Below, piece by piece: positions 35,705-48,376 of a stretch of 64,000 nucleotides of DNA (positions within the stretch are counted from its first letter, which is position 1; the number at the start of each line of letters is the position of its first letter). The position numbers and the translations under genes are program-made. The notes below the pieces were generated by a model. It had not been told where the DNA came from. It made no database searches and was given only the letters and a program-made list of their open reading frames with translations. The stretch is from Utricularia gibba (taxonomy: Eukaryota; Plantae; Magnoliophyta): contig NEEC01000010.1 in assembly GCA_002189035.1 (NCBI GenBank), positions 3,472,001-3,536,000 on the forward strand, given 5' to 3'.

Positions 35705-37482
35705 ATGACTTCCGGCAAGTGGAATACTCTCCTTTCTTTCCTGCTAGTAGCTCTTCTACACGCTGCACCAATCCATGGGTACGCTCTTTTCTCTATTCTG
35801 ACAGAGTACCATCATTCATTCAACACACGTTGAACTCATGGTTCCATTGTTCATTTCAATCAGCTTAAGAGGAAGTGGTGATCCGAAGGCCTTGAGTGGA
35901 GGAGGAGCGGTTGAAGATCCAGAAAGAATTGCGAGGATGATGAAAGTGGAAATGTAGGTGTCCTCTCTCCATATCCCTCACCCCACATGCTCTGTTTTTT
36001 CTTGAAAATTGATGACACTGTGGAGTCCTTGTCTGGAGTTAATGCAAAAAGTTGGACGTCGAAGCTACCGATGCCTCGACAACTGATGTTTTCATTCACT
36101 TTTAAGTGTTGTTTCTACCTTTATGTTGTATATTTCGGTAGGTACTTCGTTTGCATAGACAATGAAAGTTTACCGGTTTTTTCACTCACTCACTCTACTG
36201 CTCGGTCTATCCATCTCACACACAGGGAAAAAAAAAGGAGAAATTCTAAAGTCTTCTTCTATTAATGGCTTTGATTCGGTGTGACCTGCAGGGGGAAGAG
36301 AAACGGTACACAACAGAGGAGAAATCTGGGATACTTTTCATGCGGGACCGGTAACCCCATCGACGATTGTTGGCGATGTGATCCTAACTGGCACAACAAC
36401 AGGAAGCAGCTCGCTGACTGTGGAATTGGTTTCGGACGCAACGCCATCGGTGGCCGTGACGGTCATTACTATGTAGTCACAGACCCAAGTGATGATGATG
36501 CTGTGAATCCCCGACCGGGGACTCTGCGCCATGCGGTTATTCAAGACGAACCCCTGTGGATCATATTCGAGCGCGACATGGTTATAACACTGAAGCAGGA
36601 GCTGATCATGAACAGCTTCAAGACCATTGATGGTCGTGGAGCTAATGTTCATATTGCATATGGAGCTTGCATCACCATACAGTTCGTAAGCCATGTTATC
36701 ATACACGGTCTGCATATCCACAACTGTATACCAACGGGGAATGCCATGGTTAGAAGCTCACCCTCTCACTATGGTTGGAGGACCATGGCCGATGGCGATG
36801 CAGTTTCCATCTTTGGCTCCAGCCATGTTTGGGTTGATCACAACTCGCTATCGCACTCCGCCGATGGCCTTGTTGATGCGGTCATGGGATCGACTGCACT
36901 CACAATATCAAACAACTATTTCACAAATCACAATGAGGTTATGTTGTTGGGACATAGTGACTCCTACGTCAAGGACAAGCTTATGCAGGTGACTATAGCA
37001 TTCAACCATTTTGGCGAGAACCTCATACAGAGGATGCCAAGGTGCAGGCATGGATACTTCCATGTGGTGAACAACGATTACACACACTGGGAGATGTATG
37101 CCATCGGTGGAAGTGCAGCACCTACTATTAACAGCCAAGGCAACCGATTTCTTGCCCCATTCAACCCTTTTGCTAAGGAAGTAAGAGCCTCTTTCTTTCT
37201 TACTCTGCTCTGTTACAAGCTCACGAGTGTTGATTAATCGGTGCTGGCAATTCTATGGTTCAGGTAACAAGGAGAGCAGAGACGAATGCGGACTGGAGAA
37301 ACTGGAATTGGAGATCAGATGGTGATCTGATGCTCAATGGAGCTTACTTCATCCAGTCCGGAGCCGGAGCTTCGACCAGCTATGCCAGAGCTTCAAGCTT
37401 GGGAGCCAAACCTTCAACGCTGGTTGGCTCAATGACTACCAATGCCGGCGCCCTTCTTTGCTACTCGGGCAGCCAGTGCTAG
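35705..37482 (+). CDS. Pectate lyase (PLL family), 4 exons, secreted
   Basis: Signal peptide [82 protein letters not shown]. Confidence 0.96.
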
Positions 37483-38463
37483 CAAGCAACCATGGCATGA
37501 TGAATACAACATATACTTGTAACTACACCACACAAAGTCATCCATAAACACTCTGTGCAACCTCGGCCTGGTTCAGTTGAAAGAGAACAACTCCATACAT
37601 AGAAACAGGTGCAGCAGCGTTGTCCAAGATTTTCTTCTTTGTAGCTTTGTATTACAGTCATTTGTCCAGACATCCACAGGATTGTCATTGCTTTCCTGTT
37701 CACAGGAACTACATGATTGTGTGTTATAATGTTTCTTATTATATGTAAAACATAAGGTTCACTTGTCAGATATCTACAAAAAAAGAAAACCAATACCAAT
37801 TTATCAGTCATTCTACTTTGCATCAGCAGTCTACCTTTCTCTTTTCTAGTGATTTTGAAATGAAACGATACATCTTCCCTTACAAAAGTTCCATTTTAAA
37901 GGCAGAATTACAAAAGATATTGAAAGGCAGAGCAAAAGTTTGATGCAGATATAATCTGGAAATCAATCATCATCAAGAACAGCGGCTGCATAAACTGCTC
38001 CAATGAACAAACACGAATAAAATACAAAGGTTGGAAGTTGCCTAGTTTGTCCATGACCCTCCTCCTTCCACCAAGTATTTACCTTAACAATTGCAAGTGA
38101 TTATAATCCCGTGAGATCTTTACAGGCATATCAAAAAGAAGAAATCTCACTTCATGAGTAGCAAAACTTTGAAAAAAGAGCATTTGCATCCCTCTTTCCC
38201 AAATTGCACAGGCAAGAAACAGAACACTATTCAACAATCAATCATCATCAGATTCAGTGACTGGAAAGACTACTCACATGCACAACCAAATCTAAAGCTG
38301 GAGCCTATGTTAGGGTGGTCCAACCGATGACAATTTCTATGTCTCTTCCTGTCAACATTACAACAATAGTACATTCTGATTCTGGGAGAAAAAGGTTTCC
38401 TTCATACGTCATATTAGCTTGCAAGCAGTACTTAGTGCCCTCACAATCAGTACAGCCCTGTGA

Positions 38464-38880
38464 TTAACCACTCCCATATCCCATCTCCAGTGCCCCTGTC
38501 ATGGAAGCCTATCAAACATAATTACACAGATGGTGATTAAAGAATGCTTAGAAGATTCAGTCGATCTACAATGGTGGTATCTTGCTCAACATATAGCTTT
38601 TGGTGATCAAAGATATCATAAAACTAATCCCTTTTCTGTTCTAAACAAATTAACAAATGTCACACATTGATTATGGAAATTAAACATAACTGAAAAGAAT
38701 GCAGTAGTCTCATTCGGTTTCGAATGCACCAAAAGTATAATCAATGAAATTTGGAGCTTGGGATTGTGCATGCTGTTCTACATGTATCATCAGAAGAGAA
38801 ATTTCATGGTTAAGATTCAAGACCAGTAAAATAAAAATGTAAATGGGCTGCACTTGCTCCAATTGTCATACCCCCTCCAT
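38464..38880 (-). other. Candidate spliced short-ORF (microprotein) or non-coding transcript, divergent from ORRM2
   Basis: ATG GAG GGG|GTATGA at 38880, optional 48-nt exon 38777-38730, and exon from 38508 to TAA 38464, all phase 0. Purely ab initio. Confidence 0.2.
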
Positions 38881-39143
38881 TTCTATTCCCGGGTTGGAAT
38901 TCCTCTGAACCAAGAAAAAAAAAACGTAGGGTGAGAAAAAGATTCTCAAAAAAACAAAAATGGAAATGGACTTCGCAAGGGAAGCTGAGGCAGCGGAGAG
39001 CCATTACGGGCTAAATGGCCCAATTTTGCGGAGGCCCGCACAAAATCACATTGGGCGGCTGCGGATGGACAGTCTTTGTTTCTTAAACCCCACTGCCCAC
39101 TGGAGTCCGGGTTAACCCCCTTGTACCTCACTTACACTCACAG

Positions 39144-40216
39144 ATGGCTCTGAGAACGGTGGCGGAAGCAATTTCGTCCGGTTGTCGCATGGGACGTGGG
39201 CTGGGCGTTTTGTATTCATCATCAACTACGGGTTTTCCGTTTAATCTGCCTCAGCCTAAAGTCGAGAAGCCTCCTGCAGCTGAGCCTTCCACCAATCTCT
39301 TCGTTTCCGGTATATCTCTCTCCGCTCCGGCCTTATTCGGTGTGATTTTCTTAAATTATCTTGTTTTTTTCGAAGTCGAGGAAACACGGAGATAAAAAGG
39401 TTCCGTTATTGGAACTTGAATCGAAAATGAGTTGCTTCAGACATTTTTTTTACTGGGATTTAATAATTGGAGGTGGGCCTCCATCAGATTAGCGATTACT
39501 GGGATTTCCCATCCTGGTATACTTTTGAAAGCTAAATACGCCACCTTTTTGTTTGTTAGCTCTCAAAGTTCTCATCTTTCCTTATTTTTGCCACCTTGAG
39601 CATCATCCCAAATTTGTGTTGGTGTCCATCCCACGATATCATTATTCTTCCCAAATGCTAATCATCTGCAGGGCTTAGCAAGCGTACAACAACAGAAGGT
39701 CTTCGTGATGCATTTGCAAAGTTTGGAGAAGTTGTTCATGGTCCGATATGCTACCTTTGAAAGGCATTTTTTTTGGACTCCTGCTTGTTGGCATCAATGA
39801 AAAGTAATGAGTTTTGTATATTTTGCAGCTAAAGTGGTGACTGATCGTGTATCTGGCTACTCAAAAGGTTTTGGTTTTGTGAAATATGCAACTATGAAGG
39901 AAGCTGAAGCAGGGCTTAAAGGGATGGATGGCCAGGTAGAAAAATAATTAGGAAAAGTACACAGCTGTGCTAAGTTATTTGTCCTTGCAAACGTCAAATC
40001 AATTTTCGGATGCTGACTAAATGTCCCTGCTTTTTTTTCCCCTCTTGATTGGCAATTCAGAAGCTGGTGGCGATGTGAACACCTTTTAAGCCCTGAATTC
40101 TCTCTTGTCATTTGCAGTTTTTGGATGGTTGGGTTATTTTTGCGGAATACGCAAGACCGAGACCGCCTGTACCTCCTTTGAACAATGCACCTTCTCAGGA
40201 TCAGTGGGGTTCCTGA
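39144..40216 (+). CDS. ORRM2: Organelle RRM domain protein, ORRM2-like, 4 exons
   Basis: Transit-like N-terminus, AEPSTNLFVSGLSKRTTTEGLRDAF, RNP1 SKGFGFVKYA, DGQFLDGWVIFAEYARPR. Confidence 0.9.
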
Positions 40217-40962
40217 TAGCGAAGATGCAGAACTCGGAAGGTTCCATATTTGCACGTAAATTGTTTTGCGAACCCGGTGCTCCTTTTCTGTTCCATGATA
40301 ATTCTACGTGCTTCACTCCTGTATTCTTAGTGTGTTCCATGCGATGATGGCATGGAGGTGATGCCAAAAGAAGGGAAAAAAAAGTTTGTGTGCGACGTTG
40401 TGCTATTGTGAAACCGGCGACGTATATTTGCGTCATCGAAAGCTGAGAAGGATACTTAGCATCGCTTCATGTTAATCAAATTTCCCCACAAAGCTGGAGA
40501 AGCGGTCCAGGAGGGTCATTTTGAAGAGTACCCACTGTCCATTTCTCTCTCACACACCACGCACAAAAATTTGCACACAGGATGGGTATATTTCTAACAC
40601 ACACAAAACGGTATTTTTCAAAAAAACCCAGGAGGTCCGTTGATGGCCCCTGCGGCTACGCTATCCCCGTCTTCGCAGGCAACTACTACACAGCCCACAG
40701 AAGTACGTACACACGCCACGCAGATATGTTAACAAAGAGAGGATGACTCGTATAGTGTTTATATTGTAAATGTAGACGTGCGGATTGGATGGGATTGATC
40801 AAATGGATGAGGCCAGACACGACTTCTATTTATGGGTCATCTGTTTCTCTCCAGAAATGAGAAGGAAACCAGAAAACTCCCTCCTGAGATCGGGTCGTTT
40901 CCGATTCTTCTCCTAGCCCCCCTTTTTTCCCCTGGCGATCGGGTCTCTCCTCCTGCTCCGCA

Positions 40963-41388
40963 ATGAAGTTTTTGCTGGCTTGCTGCGGCGCTGGGGCGCG
41001 GCCGGAGGAGAAGAGATTGCTTGAACCTGCCCCTCGCCATCGCAGAACTCCCAGATTTGGCCGTCACAGGTGGAGCCCTTCGCTGACGTCGATTTCAGAG
41101 GACATATCGACGGCAGACAAAAGCAGCGGCGCAGGCGATGGGGGTAACGTTAAGAAGTCCAAGGTTTTTTCCGCGCATCAAGATGGATACGATTCTTGTT
41201 GCAGGGGAGGAGTCTGGTGATCAATCATGCGTTAAGATATTGCATTCCATTCCATTATCAATGATGCTAGCTCGTGTGTGTTGATTGATTGGATGATGTT
41301 CCGTGTTCAACGTTTGTTGTACAGGCAAACCAAGATCCGGTTTTCAGCCGTGCTTCATTCTTGCCCTCCCACTCCATTTATGTTCTAA
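40963..41388 (+). CDS. Small plant-specific protein of unknown function (W.PSL..ISED ... PTPFMF family), 2 exons
   Basis: MKFLLACCG..., HRWSPSLTSISED. Second exon from 41325 ends PPTPFMF*, a terminal motif I recall from an uncharacterised plant family. Donor position is uncertain. Confidence 0.65.
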
Positions 41389-41957
41389 CCTGCCTCTCCT
41401 CTCTGCCCTGCCCTGATTTTCAAGCGCATCGAAGCAAGCAGCAGTCGGTGACTAGTGAGTAACAAAGCAGTGAGCACAATAGATCTGGAGCTTGATGTGT
41501 AGGAGAAGGAAGGGGGTTGTGCGTTGCATTGAGGCCTGAGGGGAAGGATCACAAAGACTTGGAGCTTTGCATTATCATGGTTAATTAGCAGCCTCTTGGT
41601 GTTGTACTTTAAAATGCATCAATTCCATTCTGAGGAACATCCAAGATTCATTAAAAGGAAAATTGTAAAATAAAACGTTTTTCAGAATCCACACACCCTC
41701 AACATTTTTTTTTCAATGGCCTCAACAACAGTTCTCCGCAAGGAGCGTATGTTCCAGAGTGCGCCACGTAGCTTGCCTCCGCCACGCGCCTGACGCCTCC
41801 CTCATCTCATCTCCTCCTCCTCCTTTTCTGGGCGAATCATTTCTCGATCGTCGATTTCTACCCTTCGTCGATCTAGATTCCTTTCCTCTCTCCTTGTTTT
41901 CACGAATTCCATTGGTGGTTTCGTTTAACGTGTCTCTTGAAAGGTTTTTCGGCCAGG

Positions 41958-43267
41958 ATGGATGCGCCGGAAAACACGAATTGGTTTTACGATTACGGGA
42001 TTGAGGATATTCATGTTGTTGATGCCATTTTTTCGGCTCATAGTCCCGGGCTTCCACGCCCAGGGGACGCCGTGAATGCGACACCCGATGCTGGGTATTT
42101 TTTTAACTTCTGAGTTTACTCGTTTCCATGTTTTGTTTTACACCTTATACGCATATGATTGCTTAGTGATGGTGTCTATTCTCGGTAGATATTACTAATG
42201 ATTCTTGCTGGTAAGTTCATCGGGACTCTCCATACCTTTAATTATGTCAGTTTTATGTAACTGGATGCTGCAGGATTTTCTCAAGTACCTGTTTTTGTCT
42301 GCATGAACTGATGATGGATGTGAACATGGATTTGAAATGCCGCATGACACATGCGTTATATATTCTTTGCGTGTATGGTCTATATGTTCTTTGCTTTCTC
42401 CCCGTTTTAAAAATCATTGTTGGTTTCTCATATGCTGGCAGCGTGGAAATCGATGGATCATTTGGAGAGTCAGAAAGGGAAACTTCATCAAGGAAGAGGT
42501 GGCAAAAATATAAAGTTTTCCACGATATTGTGAAACATGCCATGATTTCTTAGATGATCATATGGCGATTTGATCTGAAATTTTATATTGATCATTCGTT
42601 TGCTTCACAGAACTAGAAATGACACACGTGTCCCATCAAAGGCATGCAGAGAGAAACAGAGAAGAGACAAGCTAAATGACAGGTGATGTTTTACTAGGTT
42701 GGTAAACGTTGCTTAACCATGTTTATAGCAGTAATTTCAAAGAGGGTTTTTTGTGTTCCAGGTTTATAGAATTGGCCGCTCTTCTTGACCCTGGGAAGCC
42801 TCCCAAAACAGACAAATCTGCAATTTTGGTTGATGCAGTTCGTGTGATAAGCCAGCTAAAAGCTGATGCTGAGAAGCAGAAGAACTCAAACTTGAATATC
42901 CTGGAAAAGATCAAGGAGCTGAAAGTAGGAAACCATTGCCCCCCTTTTTTTTTTATCTCCAAAATCTACCCTTTGACAAATGACCAAGTTCTTTGTTGTG
43001 TGCTGGTGATTGCAGGCAGAAAAAAATGAACTTCGAGAAGAGAAGCAGAAGTTGAAGGCAGAGAAGGAAAAGCTTGAGAAGCAGCTGAAGACAATGAGCG
43101 GTTCACCATCCAACTTCATACCGGCTGCATTTGCTGCACAAAACCAAGCTGCCTGCGACAAATTGGTACCTGTCATCAGCTACCCCAGCGTAGCTATGTG
43201 GCAGTTCATGCCGCCTGCAGCTGTTGATACATCTCAAGACCATGCCCTCCGCCCACCAGTCGCCTAA
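41958..43267 (+). CDS. ILR3: bHLH IVc transcription factor, ILR3/bHLH105-like, 5 exons
   Basis: MDAPENTNWFYDYG, SKACREKQRRDKLNDRFIEL, PPKTDKSAILVDAVR, leucine zipper KAEKNELREEKQKLKAEKE, AMWQFMPPAAVDTSQDHALRPPVA*. Confidence 0.93.
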
Positions 43268-43516
43268 GTTGACACACAAATCATATCACCATGGTTCCAT
43301 TATTTCTTGTCTCTGATATCTTTTTTTGAAGTCTTTTAATGTGGTATCAGACTAGTGATGGAAATTGGGGAACTCTCTGCTGACCAAGTTTGGTGCGTAA
43401 TCGCTAGTTTCTTATGTTTGCATTAGGTAGCCTACTTGTAGTCCCATTGAAAAAAAAAAAAAAACCTTATACCTATCTCTGGGGATGAACCTTATCCAAA
43501 GTACGCATGTCTTCTT

Positions 43517-44491
43517 ATGAGCCTCCCATTCTGCGATGCTCCTTCGTTTGCAGTGTGCACGGAATTGCTCCCCATTTTCGCACCCAGTATGACTCACATG
43601 CTACTTCAAATCCCAAACATAAACCAAACTTCTTCGTTGTACTCGTGTCGATTATCTCTGAAATCTAGTATTGAATCTCCGAAACCTCCCACCACGAAAG
43701 AGGAAGCCATTCTCCAAGCCAGGAACTCTTTGTATTCAACCTTAAAGAAGCCACTAAACAACACCAGACAGACAGGAAAGTTCAAGAAACTAAAGCAGCC
43801 ACGATATCGGGTGGAGATTCCGGTGCTTGATGACTCGCCATCTTCGCTATCTCAGTTGGCTCTTGAAGTCTTTGGGGAGATGCCATCGGAAAGAAAAGGA
43901 GGGGCTATCAAAATTCTTGTTTTATGGCCTGGAGAGGAGTTTACACAGGTTGCTAATGAGGCATTCGGGGGTTTTTCTTCGAATAATGTGATTCGGAATC
44001 TGGATATGCGATCAATTCTTGACGGAGACGGGAGGACTAGTCTGGATTCCTCGTTTGATTTGGTTGTTTTTTTGGCACCTCAACTATCTCAGGTGGATGC
44101 CCTGCGCATTATTAGTGCTCGTGTGTTTCCAAAGCCAGTGGTGATATTCAATCCACAGTGGAGTTTCGAAGAGGAAGGGGATGCTGCAGGGTTTGTGGAA
44201 TCATTTGAAGTGGTTTACTGTTTTATGGGTTTGGAGGTAAGAGGGATTTTGAGTAAGAGGAAAGGTGTGATCTTCAAGTGCGTGAAAGATGGGGGTTTGA
44301 GTGGAGAAAAGTGGAATGCGTTCGTCGAGGAAGATGGAGGGGAAATGCGAGTTGTTTCTAGTTTCAAGACGAGGCCGTCAATTGCTCAAGTTGAGAATGT
44401 GCTCTATAATGTGATGGCGATGAACTCTCCCATTGCCAAGTCTTCCAAGTTCTTGAAGGATTTGGTTTCGAATGTCACTGGCAGAAGATAA
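43517..44491 (+). CDS. DUF1995 family protein, probably plastid-targeted, intronless (start may be 43589)
   Basis: 324-aa ORF with LKQPRYRVEIPV, VVIFNPQWSFEEE, FESFEVVYCFMGLEVRGILSKRKGVIFK, LYNVMAMNSPIAKSSKFLKDLVSNVTG. Confidence 0.85.
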   Translation: MSLPFCDAPSFAVCTELLPIFAPSMTHMLLQIPNINQTSSLYSCRLSLKSSIESPKPPTTKEEAILQARNSLYSTLKKPLNNTRQTGKFKKLKQPRYRVEIPVLDDSPSSLSQLALEVFGEMPSERKGGAIKILVLWPGEEFTQVANEAFGGFSSNNVIRNLDMRSILDGDGRTSLDSSFDLVVFLAPQLSQVDALRIISARVFPKPVVIFNPQWSFEEEGDAAGFVESFEVVYCFMGLEVRGILSKRKGVIFKCVKDGGLSGEKWNAFVEEDGGEMRVVSSFKTRPSIAQVENVLYNVMAMNSPIAKSSKFLKDLVSNVTGRR

Positions 44492-45093
44492 ACAGTTTTT
44501 CATGTGACACATCTGCTGCTTAATCCTTAATCAGCAGGAACTGGGAGCATTCTTCATCTTCGTACGTGATGCTACTTGAAGCTGGAATGCCTCACAGATT
44601 AAATCTTTATGCTTTTGTTAATGAAAACATTATCTGCCGCCCGTTCACGCCTAGTAAGATGTCAAAAATATTTTAACTCAGAATATCTGATAGCTCAGGT
44701 ACCAGATCATATTTCATGGATCTGGGAAGCACCTGACGGGCCTCCTCGCCATTGTGAGCACTTCTTCAACCGTTTTCCTTGACTTCATCTTTGGTTGCTA
44801 TGCAGCTTTGGGTACATTAAAATTTTATTAGCTGATTCTTCATGCCATTTAGTAGTTTGTGTTGATTTTGCCGGTGGTTGATGAAGGAAATGGTCACCTC
44901 ACCTCCCGGTCGAATCCTACACCAGACAACTGTTCAAGTGGATAAATAAGCAACGCCCTTGAAGAACATAATTTGTTCTTGTAAAATCACTCAGAAAAAA
45001 GAAAAAAACAAAAGAGTCTAGATTTAAGACAAGAATCATCATGGAAAGCCCCAGGCGGCAGACTGTGTTGTGTTGATCGGACCCTTCAGACAG

Positions 45094-45378
45094 TTAAGAG
45101 AAGCCAAGCACCTTCAGCCATGTCCTGTCCGGGTGTCCACATCTTATGTCAACAATCTCCACCCTTCTCATCCGCTGCCGCTGCCGCTGCTGCTTATCTC
45201 GCTTGGCAGGATTTGGGTCTGGTGAGTGTTGCCGCCGGTGTTCTGGGATCTTCAGACTTGAGCCGGTGAACTTATTTTCAGAAAACTCAATTCCTAATTC
45301 CCTGGACACAAGGGAACCGATTGTCCCTGTACTTCCTATCTCAGCACCACCTCCAATATCTTCTAGCGTCTGAACCAT
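45094..45378 (-). CDS. Small plant-specific protein of unknown function (G.TGTIGSL..REL ... VEIVDI.C ... LGFS family)
   Basis: MVQTLE..IGSTGTIGSLVSREL at the N-terminus and VEIVDIRCG..DRTW..LGFS* at the C-terminus, both recalled as conserved blocks of an uncharacterised angiosperm family. Confidence 0.7.
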   Translation of the reverse strand: MVQTLEDIGGGAEIGSTGTIGSLVSRELGIEFSENKFTGSSLKIPEHRRQHSPDPNPAKRDKQQRQRQRMRRVEIVDIRCGHPDRTWLKVLGFS

Positions 45379-45464
45379 AGTGATCACTCCCCCTTTTCAG
45401 TGTAACCGCCGATTATGAATACGGGCGGGATATCGTTGTACCTGCCCGGCAACAGTTTCAGTTA

Positions 45465-46020
45465 AACGGGCAATAAAACGGGCATTTACGTTGAAAGTCG
45501 TCTCTAACAATCAACAAGATAACCACCCTTCGCTTTCTTCTAGCATTACTGGAAAGTTATACCATACCGACAAGAAAAAAGAATGGGTCAGGTGATCGGA
45601 GAGGCCATGGCATTTTTCAATCCAACGGGGAAAGTAGAGAAGAGAAAATATGGGAAGCTCGTTAGCTAGAGGATACCCAGAAGTTTTCTTCCTTTTCAGC
45701 GCGGAAGACGATGGGATGACTTGAAGTTCGACCGCGTTAACGGGGAAATCCGCTCCTGTCCTCCTGGCGAGATTTGGATGAGTTGGGGATCTAAGCTCTT
45801 ACCTTCCTCTCTTTCTTTAATAGCATGCTTTAAAGCCATCGGCCCAACAACCCCTTAATCCTGATTTGCTTTTTCACAGTTGAGGCCTTCCGTGTACTTC
45901 ACTATTCAGCAACGGCATAAGGCATTTGAACTTTACAAAAGCCGAGGTGGGGGGAATAGAATTCCACTGTTTCTTGCGCTAGCCGTTACTTCCCACTCAC
46001 TCAAGAATCGCGGCGCCGTT
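45465..46020. promoter_or_regulatory. Cluster of MSA-like (AACGG) elements upstream of the TOR1-like gene
   Basis: AACGG at 45465, 45477, 45624 (TCCAACGG), 45739, 45911 and CCGTT at 45983, 46016. Confidence 0.55.
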
Positions 46021-46180
46021 CCACCTCTGTCGAACCTTCTTTCACCTGACCGGAGCTGATTGGATTGGATCCCATTTTCGCTGTCTCTCCACCCTCCCGG
46101 ATCAACCCTACTCACTACTTGCGGCTTACCACACTCCTTCCATCTTTGTTGTTCATCTTTCAGGGTACGAGAGCTCGGAA

Positions 46181-48239
46181 ATGTTCTTCAAAATGAATAT
46201 GGTTCAGAAATCCGCGAAGCCCACAAAATCTGCACCAGTAGTACCAACGCAACATGCCTCTTCTTCTTCTTCTTCTTCATCATCCCAAATGCCCATGATC
46301 CAACTCACACACCGAATCCTTACTTCTCTGTCCAAGCTCGCCGACCGGGATACCCAACAGATCGCCGTTGAGGACCTAGTGAACATCGTGCATTCTCTCC
46401 CAAACGATGGACTACCCATGTTTCTCAACTGTCTATACGACGCCGTCAACGACCCTAAGCCCGCCGTCAAGAAGGAGACTCTCCGCCTCTTCGCCGTGCT
46501 ATGTTCTGCTCACACTCATGTTGCCACCACCCATCTCACAAAAATTATTCCCCAGGTCGTGAAGAGACTCAAGGATACCGATCCCCAGGTCCGCGATGCG
46601 TCCATCGACGCCGTTGGCTCGCTGGCTCGGCTTTACTTGAACGGCGGTGATGCTTCTCTGTTTATTAAACCTCTGTTAGAAGCCATGAGTGAGAATAGCA
46701 AAGCCTCTCAATGTGGTGCAGCTTTGGGCTTAGGCAAGGTGGTGGAGTGTGCTGCGGTACCGCCTCTCGCTGCTTTCTACAAGCTTCTTCCCAGGGTCTG
46801 CAAGTATTTGAATAGCCCCAATTTTATGGCCAAGCCTTCTCTCTTGCAGCTTGTTTCCAGCTTTTCACGGGTTGGTTCAATACCTTATATGTGCCTCTCT
46901 GCTGTGTTGGCTTTGTTTTTTCATGTTTGGGTGAATGACTGTTCTTCTTCATCTAAAAGTGGGCTTTGGAATACAGGTAGGAGCAGTTACGCCACAAAAT
47001 TTTGAGTCATTGCAGCAAAGTGTGCATACTTGTCTCTTCAGTTCAGATTGGGGAACCAGGAAGGCTGCAGCTGACACATTGGCGACCTTGGCCTCGGGAT
47101 TGAAAACCAGGTCCGGCATAACGCAAGAAGCAGCTAATTCTACTTTGAAGATGCTTGAGACATGCCGCTTTGACAAGGTATCATTCCATTCGGTATATGG
47201 CGACCTTCCTGAATATGAACCACAAGTGGCGGCTTTGTTTTTCTTTTCCCCAGATAAAACCAGTTCGAGACAGTATGAATGAAGCGTTGGATCTCTGGAA
47301 GAAAATTGCTGGTAAAGCAGCAGATGGCGGCACGACTCTAGAAAGTATGTTCCTGAAAAACTGTGATGGAGAATCTGATGCACTGGAATCATCTTATCCC
47401 AAATCCAGAGAAAATGGCGATAACAACAACATGGACAAGGCTGTTCAAATCTTAAAGGAGAAGACACCAGCTTTAAATGGAAAAGAATTAAACCTCGGGT
47501 TTTTCTTCCCGAATCTCGGTTCTGAAATTTCCAGTGAATTGCCTGTTGAAGTGATTCTACCTCGTCGGTGGGTCAATGCTTCTGCGGATTCTAAAACTAT
47601 GAAGACCAGATCAGAATCGGGTGCTGCTCAAGATGAGATATTTAACAACGGCCATAATGAAAGCATGGACAGGGTAACTGCTCCGGGAGTCGGTGGTGGT
47701 GAAACTGAAGGATTTGTGGATGGCAGAGGAAATTGGTTAGCCCTCCAGACACAGTTATCCTTGCTTGAGAGACAACAGGCTCGTCTCATGGACATGCTGC
47801 ATGTTTGTTCCTAACTAAACTTATCCTAAAACTCACAAATGAATCATCATACTGATTTGTCGAAATGATTCTTCTCTTGAAGGACTTCATGGGTGGATCA
47901 CATGATAACATGGCAACCTTGGGAGACCGAGTATGTGGGCTTGAGAGAGTTGTTGAGGACCTGCTACGAGACATATCCACAAAGACCAGCAGGGCTTGTT
48001 CGACTGATGTAGATGAATGTTCAGGTAGTCATCTCGGGAGGTGCAATGGCTTTTCTTCGTACCGAAGAAAAGACAGCGATCCGTGCAGCATCGACTTTGG
48101 TGAGAGGTTTTCTTTGAGATCTGATGAATCCAACTCTTGGAACTTGCACCACGCATGTGCTAGAAACGGGGGTGCAACCGTAGGCTCAAGAAGAGCAGCA
48201 CCCGCAAGGTTTTTTGACGGTCCCGGGAAAAGCTTTTAG
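46181..48239 (+). CDS. TORTIFOLIA1/SPIRAL2-like microtubule-associated protein, C-terminally truncated, 4 exons (exact start ATG uncertain)
   Basis: ILTSLSKLADRDTQQIAVEDL, HEAT repeats (KPAVKKE, RLKDTDPQVRDA), DWGTRKAAADTL, RFDKIKPVRDSM, coiled coil NWLALQTQLSLLERQQARLMDML.DFMGGSHDNM.TL..RV.GLERVVEDL. Confidence 0.88.
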
Positions 48240-48376
48240 CAGGCATCCAAGAATTGATTTGTATCAGATCTGAGGTTGCATTCGTTTCATCGTTTGCTTG
48301 GAAGTCACCTGGATTCCGAGGAACTTGTTGTCGGATTAGCGAATATCAATATCTCAAAGTTTGTTACTTTTCACGT

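Noticed and set aside
37800-38800. Possible box C/D snoRNA cluster (TGATGA motifs on the minus strand)
   Set aside because: No correctly spaced CTGA D boxes with terminal stems, and no convincing rRNA antisense element.
44870-44930. GGTCGAATCC resembling a tRNA T-loop
   Set aside because: No acceptor, D or anticodon arms can be folded around it.
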